Translations under genes and position numbers: made by a program
The notes under the pieces: model-generated
What the model was told of the DNA's origin: nothing
The model's input: only the letters and a program-made list of their open reading frames with translations
Database searches by the model: none
Origin: an uncultured Acetatifactor sp.
GTDB lineage: Bacteria; Bacillota; Clostridia; Lachnospirales; Lachnospiraceae
Length of the DNA stretch: 64,000 nt
Direction: 5' to 3'
NCBI GenBank assembly: GCA_964475665.1
Contig: CAYZAU010000011.1
Location: forward strand, 3,520 to 67,519
In this document: one piece after another, positions 40,800 to 49,775 of the stretch
How the letters are laid out: every line of letters starts with the position of its first letter
Numbering within the stretch: position 1 is the stretch's first letter

Positions 40800-41966
40800 A
40801 TGGAAAAGAATATTTTATATGTGATGAAAAGTGTCTGGCAGGCAGTCCTGTTTGCGGCGGTGACGGCGGGGCTGGAGCTTATGGTAATCGGTGTGCTTCT
40901 GTTGTGCGGAATCACTACCCCGGGTGAGTTGGACGGCAACGGGACAATCCGCTATCTGATACTGCTGCCGGCGCAGCTGTCTGCCCTTGTCATGGTGCAG
41001 ATTCTATTTTTTATGTGGAAAAAGTGGAGAAATCATGACGCGGTGTGGAAAAGCCGTGTTTCTTTTTTGTGCGTCTGTCTGGGCTGCATGATGGGGGCCT
41101 GGCTGACGGATGTCAGTTTTCTGGGAGAAGCTGCTAAAGAGCGGGGCAGGCTTTTGGCACTGCTGCTTCTGACGGGGCTTCCCTTCCTCGGATATGTGTG
41201 CTTCTTTCTCTTTGCGGAGAAAAGCCGGCTGGAGACGGAAAGCAGGGTTTACCAGAAACAGGCGGGACTCTATCAGGAGTGGTATGAGGGCTTCCAGAAG
41301 ACGAGGAAGGAAACACTGGCGTTTCGCCATGACATGAACAACCATTTCGGCGTTTTGCGGCATCTCTGCTCCAATGCGGGAGAGCCCGGGGAGGACGGTG
41401 CGAAGGCGGGTGAGGGCCGTGTGCTGGACGAAGTCAGGAAATATATTGACAGTATGGGAACGGGCTATAACAGGACAGGCTGCGACACGGATTCCGGGAA
41501 TCTGATGATGGATTTTGCCGTGGATATGAAGAAAAATTATGCCCAGAGCCGGGGGATTCCCATGGAGGTAGAGCTGAATATCCCGAGGGAAATGAACTAT
41601 AACAGTATGGACCTTGTGATATTTTTAAGTAATCTTCTCGACAACGCCATAGAGGCATGTGAGCGCATGGAAAACCGGGCGGCGGCAAAGATTGTGCTGC
41701 GGATGCAGTACAAAATGTCCAATCTGGTTGTGTTTATCAAAAATACCTATGACGGACATCTGGACGGCAGAAGCTCCGGGCAGCAGGAGGCGGTGCCCCT
41801 GGGAACGGTCAAGGCGGATAAGACGGCACATGGAATCGGGATGAAAAACGTGATGGACATTGTGAATAAGTATCACGGTATGCTCCAATGGGATGCGTCT
41901 GACGGGTGGTTTCGCATCAATGCGCTGCTGTATGAGTTTGGAGAGAGAAAAAAAGACGAATTATGA
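40800..41966 (+). CDS. AgrC-like GHKL sensor histidine kinase
   Basis: About four TM; FRHDMNNH H-box, NLLDNAIEAC N-box, HGIGMKNV G-box; SD GGGGCGGAGG. Confidence 0.9.
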   Translation: MEKNILYVMKSVWQAVLFAAVTAGLELMVIGVLLLCGITTPGELDGNGTIRYLILLPAQLSALVMVQILFFMWKKWRNHDAVWKSRVSFLCVCLGCMMGAWLTDVSFLGEAAKERGRLLALLLLTGLPFLGYVCFFLFAEKSRLETESRVYQKQAGLYQEWYEGFQKTRKETLAFRHDMNNHFGVLRHLCSNAGEPGEDGAKAGEGRVLDEVRKYIDSMGTGYNRTGCDTDSGNLMMDFAVDMKKNYAQSRGIPMEVELNIPREMNYNSMDLVIFLSNLLDNAIEACERMENRAAAKIVLRMQYKMSNLVVFIKNTYDGHLDGRSSGQQEAVPLGTVKADKTAHGIGMKNVMDIVNKYHGMLQWDASDGWFRINALLYEFGERKKDEL

Positions 41967-42022
41967 CAAAGCCGGAACGAATTATGACAAGTCAGGTTTT
42001 TACGGAAAATATCTGGTATGCT
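41956..42022 (+). promoter_or_regulatory. LytTR-type direct-repeat operator plus extended -10
   Basis: ACGAATTATGACAA at 41956-41969 and 41977-41990 (21-bp period); TG-G-TATGCT at 42014-42022; no canonical -35. Confidence 0.8.
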
Positions 42023-42107
42023 GTTTTTAAGGCAGCAAAGGAAAATGCCCCTGCGGGGGTATTTCTTTTTCTGTGAAAGCAAAAGGGAAGAAAAGGGGGC
42101 AACGGAT

Positions 42108-43943
42108 ATGTTCGTATTAAAGAAACGTAAATACACCCTGCTTGACATGTATCGGATTCCGTTCCGGTGCGCTCCGGCAAGTTCCATCGCAGTGACCCTG
42201 CAAAAGGCGCTCACGGCATTTGTCAATGTCATGCAGGTGGTTGTCGTGGCGGAGTTTGTTGATGCCGTGACGGCGGCGCTTAAGAAGGGAAGGCTGGATG
42301 GAGAAGTCACAAAATGGTTTGTGCTGCTGCTTCTGATGGTGAGCTGGAAGCGGGTCTCCTACAACATCGGAAGAATCTTTTCGGAGCATGTGACCGTCAT
42401 GGGAACGGAGCAGGTTCTGAGGGAATGTACGGCAAAGCGTGCCAGACTGCAGTACTATCTGCTGGAGGACCGGGAGGTGGAGGAGCTGATGCACCGTCTG
42501 ACGGACAAGATGGAAAAGAATGTCTGGGAGATGCAGCAGCGTTTTTTAAACTTCTTTGTGATTTATATTCCGCGTATTGCAGGAGTGCTGATTATCATCG
42601 CAACCCATGTCTGGTGGCTGGCGATTGTGGTCGCCGCGATGACGATACCGCTTCTGGTGCTGTCCATGCGCGGCGGAAGGAACGTTTATAAGGCAGATAC
42701 AAGGGCGGCAGTCTATGAGAGAAGACACCGCTATCTCTTTGACCTTCTGACGGGACGGGAAGCGGTGGAGGAGCGAAGCCTTTTCGGGTATGTGCGCTCC
42801 GTAAACGGGCGCTGGCACAGCCAGTATGATGCAGCGAGAAAGACGAAGGTTCGGGCGGAGGCAATGCTGGAGGTGAGTATGCAGGCGGGAAGCGGGCTGA
42901 CCAGTGTGCTCTCCTCGGCAATTACGCTGATTATGGTGCCGCTGGTGGCATCGGGGGAGATTACGGTGGGACTGTTTATCTCTCTGGCGACTGCCGTCTA
43001 CGACCTTGTGAAGCTGACCGGCTGGGAGATGACAAAGGTGGTATCCCAGATGGCGAGATTCCGCATCTATATGCAGGAGCTGACAAGGTTTGCCGCCCTG
43101 CCGGAGAGAAGTCAGGAGGAGCCGGAGACGGCAGCGGGAACAGAGGAGACGGCAAAGACCTTCAGACAGCTGGAATTTTCCCATGTCACCTTCCGCTATC
43201 CGGGTGCTGACACCGATATTCTGAAGGACTTCTGCATGAAGCTGGAGGCGGGGAAGCATTACGCCATCGTCGGGGAAAACGGAGCCGGAAAATCTACCTT
43301 TATCAAGCTGCTGACGGGGCTCTACACGGAGTATGAGGGCGAGATTCTGTTAGACGGCAGGGAGCTGAGAAGCTACCCCGCAGAAGAGTGGAAGGAGATG
43401 TTCTCGGGGGTATATCAGGATTTTGCGCGCTACTATATTTCCCTCGAGGATAATATTCAGATTGGAAATATCAAAACCATGCACAGTGCGGAGGCGAAAA
43501 AGCGGATGCACGCGCTTGCCGGGCAGCTTGGGATTCACGAGGAAATTATCCGTCTGAAGCACCGCTATGCCACAAAGCTCGGAAAGCTGGATACGGACGG
43601 TGCGGATTTGTCCGGCGGACAGTGGCAGAAGGTGGCTATGGCACGTGCCCTGATGAATGATGCGCCGCTGCTGATTTTAGATGAGCCGACGGCAGCGCTT
43701 GACCCTATCAGTGAGAGCAGGCTGTACGAGCTGTTCGGGCAGATAAGCAGGAATCGAACCAGTATCTTTATCAGCCACAGGCTCGGCTCTACCAAGCTGG
43801 CAGACCATATCTTTGTCATAGGAAACGGCGGCGTGCGGGAGCAGGGAAGCCATGAGGAGCTGATGCGGAAGGACGGCATATATGCGGAAATGTTTAAGGC
43901 GCAGCAGAGCTGGTATGTGACAAAGGAAGGGGGTCAGGCGTAA
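42108..43943 (+). CDS. ABC exporter, fused TMD + ATPase (half transporter 1)
   Basis: N-terminal TM bundle; GENGAGKST, LSGGQWQK, ILDEPT, ISHR. Confidence 0.92.
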   Translation: MFVLKKRKYTLLDMYRIPFRCAPASSIAVTLQKALTAFVNVMQVVVVAEFVDAVTAALKKGRLDGEVTKWFVLLLLMVSWKRVSYNIGRIFSEHVTVMGTEQVLRECTAKRARLQYYLLEDREVEELMHRLTDKMEKNVWEMQQRFLNFFVIYIPRIAGVLIIIATHVWWLAIVVAAMTIPLLVLSMRGGRNVYKADTRAAVYERRHRYLFDLLTGREAVEERSLFGYVRSVNGRWHSQYDAARKTKVRAEAMLEVSMQAGSGLTSVLSSAITLIMVPLVASGEITVGLFISLATAVYDLVKLTGWEMTKVVSQMARFRIYMQELTRFAALPERSQEEPETAAGTEETAKTFRQLEFSHVTFRYPGADTDILKDFCMKLEAGKHYAIVGENGAGKSTFIKLLTGLYTEYEGEILLDGRELRSYPAEEWKEMFSGVYQDFARYYISLEDNIQIGNIKTMHSAEAKKRMHALAGQLGIHEEIIRLKHRYATKLGKLDTDGADLSGGQWQKVAMARALMNDAPLLILDEPTAALDPISESRLYELFGQISRNRTSIFISHRLGSTKLADHIFVIGNGGVREQGSHEELMRKDGIYAEMFKAQQSWYVTKEGGQA

Positions 43944-45713
43944 ATGAAGACGAAAGAGCACGGTCTGATTGAGATTGCAAGGCACGTTCTGGTGACGGGC
44001 TGGAAAAAATGCCCCCTGTTTCTGGCACTGTTTGTTCTTCTGACAATGAGCGGCGGGCTGGGAACGGCGGCAAATGTGTTCTTTAAGCAGTGGTTTTTCG
44101 ATGCGGTGGAGGCGCTTGCCTATGGAAACGGCAGGATGTCCCATGCCGTGACCTGCGGGCTGGTGATGGCGGGTGTCATGCTTTTGACGCTGCTTTTGCA
44201 GGCAGTGGAAGAGCTCGCAGGGGTCAATCTTTTTCAGGTGATTATGGGACATATGGGTGCTGCGCTGAATGATAAGGCATCCCGCGTTGCCCCCATCGTG
44301 TATGAGGACAGCCGTTTTCTGGATGCCATCAACAAGGCTTATGAGGGAATGGAGGCATCCACGAATCTTATGGCGGCAGTTATGGCAATCGGACTCAGGA
44401 GGGCGACTTATTTCGTCTCACTGGGCTGCTACTTTTTTGCCATTAAGCCGATGCTGCTGGTGGTGTTTGTCCTGTCCTTTATTCCGGTGGTTATCAGCTC
44501 TCAGCTGCGCAGAAAGTATTTTGCAAGATTACAGGATGAAGCGACGCCCTACAGACGTAAATACGAATACTACGGGAAGTGCATTTACAGCCGTGAGTAT
44601 GCGAAGGAGACAAGACTCTGGAAGGCAGATTCCTATTTCGGGGGACTGTATCGGGAGAATCTGCGAAGGGCAAGCCTGTTGAAGTGGAAAACCAAGCAGA
44701 AATCGGAGACGGTGGCAATTATATCCCGGTTTATCTCCCTTGCGGGCTATGTGGGAACGCTACTGCTTTTATTTTATTATCTGCTGTCAGGAGAAATCGG
44801 GATAGGAGCGTTTGCGGCTATCTTTTCCTCTCTGGATCAGATGTATGACCAGATGGATTGGGTATTTGATGCGGATGTGTCAACCATTATGGAGGGCTTT
44901 GGTCCGGCACAGAACTATTTCCGCTTTCTGCATCTGGAGGAGAGAGAGGGAACATACGATTGCAGGCTGCAGAGGGAGGAAATCACTCTGTGTGGGGCGG
45001 GCTTTGCGTATCCCGGAAGCGACAGGAAGGCACTGGAGAATATTTCGCTTACCATCCACCGGGGAGAGACGCTTGCGATTGTCGGCGTGAACGGCTCCGG
45101 TAAATCGACGCTCACCAGGCTTCTCATGGGGCTGTATCTGCCCACGGAGGGAATCATGGAGATAGACGGAATCGATGTAAGACAGATAGAGCCTGCGAGA
45201 CTGTATGAAAATGTGTCTGCCGTATTCCAGAAGTATCAGTGCTATAAGATGACGGTCGGTGAGAACGTCAGAATCTCTGATGACGAAGGTAAGGGGGAGG
45301 AGGAAACAGCGCTGAGACAGGCGGACTTCCCCCTGGATGCTGAGATGCTGACGGACGGAACGGACACGATGCTGGGAAAGGATTTTGGAGGAATTGACCT
45401 CTCGGGCGGTCAGTGGCAGAGGCTTGCGATAGCCAGAGGGCTTTACAGGGTGCACGACATGATTATCTTAGACGAGCCGACGGCTGCGATAGACCCTATC
45501 GAGGAGGCGGCAATCTATCGGAAATTTGCTGAAATTTCCAGAAACAAGACTGCCGTTATCGTCACACACAGGCTGGGCAGCGTGCATATGGCAGACCGCA
45601 TCATCGTGATGGATGCCGGTAAAATCGTAGATATGGGAGGACACGAGGAGCTGATGCAGAAAAAGGGACTGTACTATCAGATGTATCAGTCACAGGCAAA
45701 GTGGTATGTGTAG
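43944..45713 (+). CDS. ABC exporter, fused TMD + ATPase (half transporter 2)
   Basis: Abuts previous stop (TAAATG); GVNGSGKST, LSGGQWQR, ILDEPT, VTHR. Confidence 0.92.
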   Translation: MKTKEHGLIEIARHVLVTGWKKCPLFLALFVLLTMSGGLGTAANVFFKQWFFDAVEALAYGNGRMSHAVTCGLVMAGVMLLTLLLQAVEELAGVNLFQVIMGHMGAALNDKASRVAPIVYEDSRFLDAINKAYEGMEASTNLMAAVMAIGLRRATYFVSLGCYFFAIKPMLLVVFVLSFIPVVISSQLRRKYFARLQDEATPYRRKYEYYGKCIYSREYAKETRLWKADSYFGGLYRENLRRASLLKWKTKQKSETVAIISRFISLAGYVGTLLLLFYYLLSGEIGIGAFAAIFSSLDQMYDQMDWVFDADVSTIMEGFGPAQNYFRFLHLEEREGTYDCRLQREEITLCGAGFAYPGSDRKALENISLTIHRGETLAIVGVNGSGKSTLTRLLMGLYLPTEGIMEIDGIDVRQIEPARLYENVSAVFQKYQCYKMTVGENVRISDDEGKGEEETALRQADFPLDAEMLTDGTDTMLGKDFGGIDLSGGQWQRLAIARGLYRVHDMIILDEPTAAIDPIEEAAIYRKFAEISRNKTAVIVTHRLGSVHMADRIIVMDAGKIVDMGGHEELMQKKGLYYQMYQSQAKWYV

Positions 45714-45748
45714 CTCCCGCGCAGACCTCTTATCATAGTTACATTCTT

Positions 45749-45797
45749 CGGATACGGCAAAGCAGCACCTCCTGTCTGCTGCCGTATCCGTTTTTTT
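45749..45797 (+). terminator. Rho-independent terminator with anti-SD loop
   Basis: CGGATACGGC-aa-AGCAG-[CACCTCCTGT]-CTGCT-GCCGTATCCG-TTTTTTT. Confidence 0.85.
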
Positions 45798-45812
45798 GCC
45801 ATCTGAAGAATT

Positions 45813-45842
45813 GTACCCTCACATTTGAAAAAAAGTACCCTC
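45813..45842 (+). promoter_or_regulatory. Direct repeat GTACCCTC (22-bp period), candidate activator site upstream of the sugar ABC operon
   Basis: GTACCCTC at 45813-45820 and 45835-45842, each followed by a TGAAAAAA tract. Confidence 0.5.
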
Positions 45843-45940
45843 TGAAAAAAGGTATCGAACAAATCTTTCGGGAAAAAAATTGTGCCTTGTTACAGTGCCT
45901 GTCTGCGTGTTAAGGTTACGCCAGAAGGAGGTCAGGGGCT

Positions 45941-46888
45941 ATGAAGTTCTCGAAGAAGGCGAAAGCAAAAAACAGAGCACCCAGAAAGACGCTACATGAA
46001 AAGCTGGTTTCCATCTACCATTACAGATGGTTTTACCTGATGTTTTTCCCGGTATTTCTCTCTCTGCTGGTGTTCCACTATTTTCCGATATACGGTATCA
46101 AGTACGCATTTACAAATTACACACCCTTTACCAAACCGACCTGGGTGGGGCTGTCAAACTTTGAGTATCTGTTTTCCAGTAAGAGGTTTTGGCGTGCCTT
46201 TGTCAATACGCTAGAGCTCAGCTCGGTTAAGCTGGTGCTCAGCATGGTGTTCAGCGTCGGACTGGCACTGCTGATTGACGAGGTGAGAAGCGTTACCTTT
46301 CGTAAGATAACGCAGACGGTGGTTTACATTCCGCACTTTATTTCATGGGTTGTGGTTGCTTCCATCTTTACCCTGTTTCTGTCACCGCAGTCCGGTATGG
46401 TAAACGCAATCATCACCTCGCTCGGCGGAGAACCGATTTACTTCCTTGCCAGCGACCACTGGTGGCGGGTGGTGTTCTATCTGCTGAATCTCTGGAAGGA
46501 GACGGGCTGGGGAACCATCATATACATAGCGGCACTTGCGGGAGTCGACCAGGAGATGTATGAGGCGGCGACCATAGACGGTGCAGGACATCTGCAGAGA
46601 GTATGGTACATTTCCATTCCTGCCATCAGCGTGACCATCCTGACGGTGTTCATCCTGAATCTGGCAAAGGTGCTGGGACTGTTCGATTCCGTATTCGTAT
46701 TGCAGAACGACAGCGTTATCAAATCCTCGGACGTTATCGGAACCTATGTGTACCGTCTCGGTATCACGAGTGCCGATTACGGGGTATCCACGGCAGCAGG
46801 ACTGTTTAAGTCAGTTATCTCTCTTGTGCTGATTACGATTGCCAACAAGGCAAGCAAAAAAATCAAGGGGGAGGGAATACTGGGATGA
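45941..46888 (+). CDS. Sugar ABC permease, LplB-like
   Basis: QTVVYIPHFISWVVV, WKETGWGTIIYIAALAGVDQEMYEAATIDGA; SD AAGGAGGT. Confidence 0.92.
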   Translation: MKFSKKAKAKNRAPRKTLHEKLVSIYHYRWFYLMFFPVFLSLLVFHYFPIYGIKYAFTNYTPFTKPTWVGLSNFEYLFSSKRFWRAFVNTLELSSVKLVLSMVFSVGLALLIDEVRSVTFRKITQTVVYIPHFISWVVVASIFTLFLSPQSGMVNAIITSLGGEPIYFLASDHWWRVVFYLLNLWKETGWGTIIYIAALAGVDQEMYEAATIDGAGHLQRVWYISIPAISVTILTVFILNLAKVLGLFDSVFVLQNDSVIKSSDVIGTYVYRLGITSADYGVSTAAGLFKSVISLVLITIANKASKKIKGEGILG

Positions 46889-47751
46889 TGAAGGAAAAAT
46901 TGTCCTTTGAAAAGGGCAGACGTGGAAGAACCGTCTTTGTAATATGCAATACCATATTTCTCTGTATCCTGATGCTGATTATGGTAATTCCTCTCTGGAA
47001 GGTGGTTGTCGATTCCCTCGACCCTACGGCAGTGGGAATCAGGCTCTGGCCAAAGAAGATTAGCTTTTATGCCTACACGACCATACTGAGTAAAAAGTCG
47101 CTTTATCAGCCGTTTCTGGTGTCCGTTTACACGACGGTGGCGGCGACGGTGGTCGGTCTTTTGATGACGACGCTTGCGGCATACGTGATTTTGCAGAAGG
47201 AAATGCCCGGAAGGGGACTGATGATTGCTTATATCATGTTCACCATGCTCTTCAGCGGCGGCATGATTCCTTCCTACTTAAACATCAAGAATCTCGGGCT
47301 GATGAACAATCTGCTGGTTATCATTCTTCCGGCAGGACTGAGTACCTACAACATGGTGCTGATGAGAAGCTTTTTTGAGAGCATCCCGTCCACCTTATAT
47401 GAGGCGGCGGAGCTGGACGGCTGTACTCCCTTAGGAATCTTCTGGAGGATTGTACTTCCGCTGTCAAAGCCGGCACTGGCTTCCATCGGTCTGTTCATAG
47501 CAGTGGGAACCTGGAACGAGTATATGCCCTTCATTCTCTATATGCAGGACAACAGTAAGATGAATTTCCAGGTAAAGGTGAGGGAGCTGATTCTGCAGGA
47601 TGCCATATCCGGCAGCACATCCATCTCCGCATCGGATGATATGCTAAAGAGTGCAGTGGTTGTAGTAGTTGTATTTCCGTTTCTCGTTATCTATCCCTTT
47701 ATACAGAAATACTTCACCAAGGGAGTGACAGTAGGTGCAGTAAAGGGTTAG
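46885..47751 (+). CDS. Sugar ABC permease, LplC-like
   Basis: TMLFSGGMIPSY, LYEAAELDGC, YPFIQKYFTKGVTVGAVKG. Confidence 0.92.
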   Translation: MMKEKLSFEKGRRGRTVFVICNTIFLCILMLIMVIPLWKVVVDSLDPTAVGIRLWPKKISFYAYTTILSKKSLYQPFLVSVYTTVAATVVGLLMTTLAAYVILQKEMPGRGLMIAYIMFTMLFSGGMIPSYLNIKNLGLMNNLLVIILPAGLSTYNMVLMRSFFESIPSTLYEAAELDGCTPLGIFWRIVLPLSKPALASIGLFIAVGTWNEYMPFILYMQDNSKMNFQVKVRELILQDAISGSTSISASDDMLKSAVVVVVVFPFLVIYPFIQKYFTKGVTVGAVKG

Positions 47752-47774
47752 TATATATCATAAGGAGGGTTAAT

Positions 47775-49295
47775 ATGAAAAGCAAAGTAACAAAGAAACT
47801 TCTGGCAGCTGCAATGGCATCTGCCATGGTACTGGGTACCGCAGCGTGCGGTTCGGGCGACGCAGGAAGCTCTGCTTCTGCAGGCGGTTCCTCCGCAGCA
47901 GCTTCCACGGGTTCTTCCGCAGCAGCTTCTTCCACAGACGGGGGGGCAACAGTTGCCGAGGTGACAAAGCCGGAGAGCATTTCCTGGTGGACGCATGACG
48001 GACTGAATGAGGAAAACGGCTCTGAGCAGTGGTTTGCAGAGTTTGAGAAGTTTACCGGAATCCATCTGGATCACCAGTTTATTCCCAACAACGAGTATTA
48101 CGACAAGCTGAAGCTGGCATTTGCTTCTGACGAGGTTCCCGAGGTATTTGATTTGAACGGTGCAAATCTGGCACTGTATGCTTCTCAGGGCGCCATCTAC
48201 GACCTGACGGATTTGCTGAAGGCCTCCGAGCTGTATGATAAGGTAGACCCCGCCATCTGGGATGCAATTTCCATTGACGGTAAGATTTATGCGATTCCCA
48301 AGGAGATGCCGTCCGCAGCAGTAACCTATGTGCGCGGTGACTGGCTGGAGAAGCTGAATATGAAGGCTCCCACCACCTACGACGAGTTCCTTGACATGAT
48401 TCGCCGCTTCAAGGAGGAGATTCCTGAGTGTGAAATCGGTCTGACGGCTCCCGGCGTGAAGAGTGAGATGAACCTGCCTGAGTTCTACCAGGGTGCACAC
48501 TACGGCTTCGCAAAGGTTGACGGTGTGTGGATAGACGGCTTTGCACAGGACAACATGGCTGAGGCAATGCAGAGAATGCAGGATGCCTATAAGGAAGGTC
48601 TGCTTGACAAGGAAATCATCACCAATACCACTTCTACCTGCCGTGATGCATGGTACGAGGGTAAGGTTGGCGTATTCAACTACTGGTCCGGTAAGTGGGG
48701 CGGAACTCTGCAGGACAGACTGGAAGCAAACAACGAGGGTGCTGTAGCACTGCCTCTTGAGGAAATCGAGGGTGCTGATTACCTGTTTGCAACTCTGGGT
48801 GGTCTGTGTATTTCCTCCAAGGTAAGCGATGAGAAGGCAGCACAGATTTTCAAGTACTTCTTCGAGTATATGCACGATGGCGGCGAGGGACAGGTTCTGT
48901 TCCAGAGCGGTGTTGAAGGTGTTCACTGGGAGCAGGACGGCAACAATGTAAAGCCTCTGCCTAATCTGGCTGACCCTTCCGCAGTAACCACGAGTGTATG
49001 GATTACTCCCTGGCTTGCAATTTCTCCTTTGGAGGTAACTGACAAGAACACGGAGAAGGCTGATGCGGTAACAAACTCTCTGGCAATTACGGATGCTTCC
49101 GCTTCCCAGGTAGCCGTTACACCCGTATCCGAGACCCTGAACAAGATTACCTCTGACCTTGAGCTGGAGAAGGCAGATATTCTGGCAAAGGTTGTCATGG
49201 GTGAGATGACGGTTGAGGAAGGCGTAGCTGCCTACAAGGAGGTTGCTGAGGAGCTGAATGTTGAGCAGGTTCTCAAGGAGCTGAACGGTAACTAA
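47775..49295 (+). CDS. Sugar ABC solute-binding lipoprotein, LplA-like
   Basis: SD TAAGGAGG; lipobox TAAC; Ser/Ala-rich linker; YVRGDWLEKLNMKAPTTYDEF motif. Confidence 0.92.
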   Translation: MKSKVTKKLLAAAMASAMVLGTAACGSGDAGSSASAGGSSAAASTGSSAAASSTDGGATVAEVTKPESISWWTHDGLNEENGSEQWFAEFEKFTGIHLDHQFIPNNEYYDKLKLAFASDEVPEVFDLNGANLALYASQGAIYDLTDLLKASELYDKVDPAIWDAISIDGKIYAIPKEMPSAAVTYVRGDWLEKLNMKAPTTYDEFLDMIRRFKEEIPECEIGLTAPGVKSEMNLPEFYQGAHYGFAKVDGVWIDGFAQDNMAEAMQRMQDAYKEGLLDKEIITNTTSTCRDAWYEGKVGVFNYWSGKWGGTLQDRLEANNEGAVALPLEEIEGADYLFATLGGLCISSKVSDEKAAQIFKYFFEYMHDGGEGQVLFQSGVEGVHWEQDGNNVKPLPNLADPSAVTTSVWITPWLAISPLEVTDKNTEKADAVTNSLAITDASASQVAVTPVSETLNKITSDLELEKADILAKVVMGEMTVEEGVAAYKEVAEELNVEQVLKELNGN

Positions 49296-49329
49296 GTCCT
49301 GTCGCTTACAAGCTAAATATATTGAGGGT

Positions 49330-49361
49330 ATTCCCTGGGGCGGAGAGCCTCAGGGAATTTC
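49330..49361 (+). terminator. Stem-loop after SBP gene
   Basis: ATTCCCTGGGGC-ggaga-GCCTCAGGGAAT followed by TT. Confidence 0.6.
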
Positions 49362-49406
49362 CTGCGTTCTATGGGCAGGAAGAAGGAATTGTGATATACT
49401 GAGCGT

Positions 49407-49536
49407 ATGAGCGGCGAACGCAGTCCGCCGGATGCGACACCGTGGCTGCTTGCAGACAAAGGTGTCGACATCAGGTGGACTATGTGAGTGCAACGGACAT
49501 CATGAAAACTTTGTTTTCATGATGTCGTTCGCCGCT
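49407..49536 (+). ncRNA. Candidate structured RNA or palindromic element (closing stem + two hairpins) at the 5' end of the GH95 leader
   Basis: AGCGGCGAAC (49410-49419) pairs with GTTCGCCGCT (49527-49536); interrupted hairpin 49422-49481; perfect 14-bp hairpin 49496-49526; extended -10 TG-A-TATACT at 49392-49400. Confidence 0.55.
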
Positions 49537-49716
49537 GATGCAGAACGCGAAGAGGCGAGCGCCGCTGATGCAGAGCACGAAAAGGCGAGCGCCGCTGATG
49601 CAGAACGCGAAGAGGCGAGCGCCGCTGATGCAGAGCACGAAAAGGCGAGCGCCGCTGATGCAGAACGCGAAAAGGCGAGTGCCGCTGATGCAGAGCACGA
49701 AGAGGCGAGCGCCGCT
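49530..49716 (+). repeat. Tandem repeat, 30 bp x ~6.2, with alternating variants
   Basis: Unit CGCCGCTGATGCAGA(ACG/GCA)CGAA(G/A)AGGCGAG in A-B-A-B-A-B order. Confidence 0.95.
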
Positions 49717-49775
49717 TTGCACAGAAAGAGCGGAAGGAATCGTAAACCGGGAACAGATGAGGGAGGTATGGGAAA

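Noticed and set aside
49407-49536. Retron msr/msd-like architecture (closing inverted repeat + hairpins)
   Set aside because: No reverse transcriptase gene nearby; flanking genes are sugar-utilisation genes
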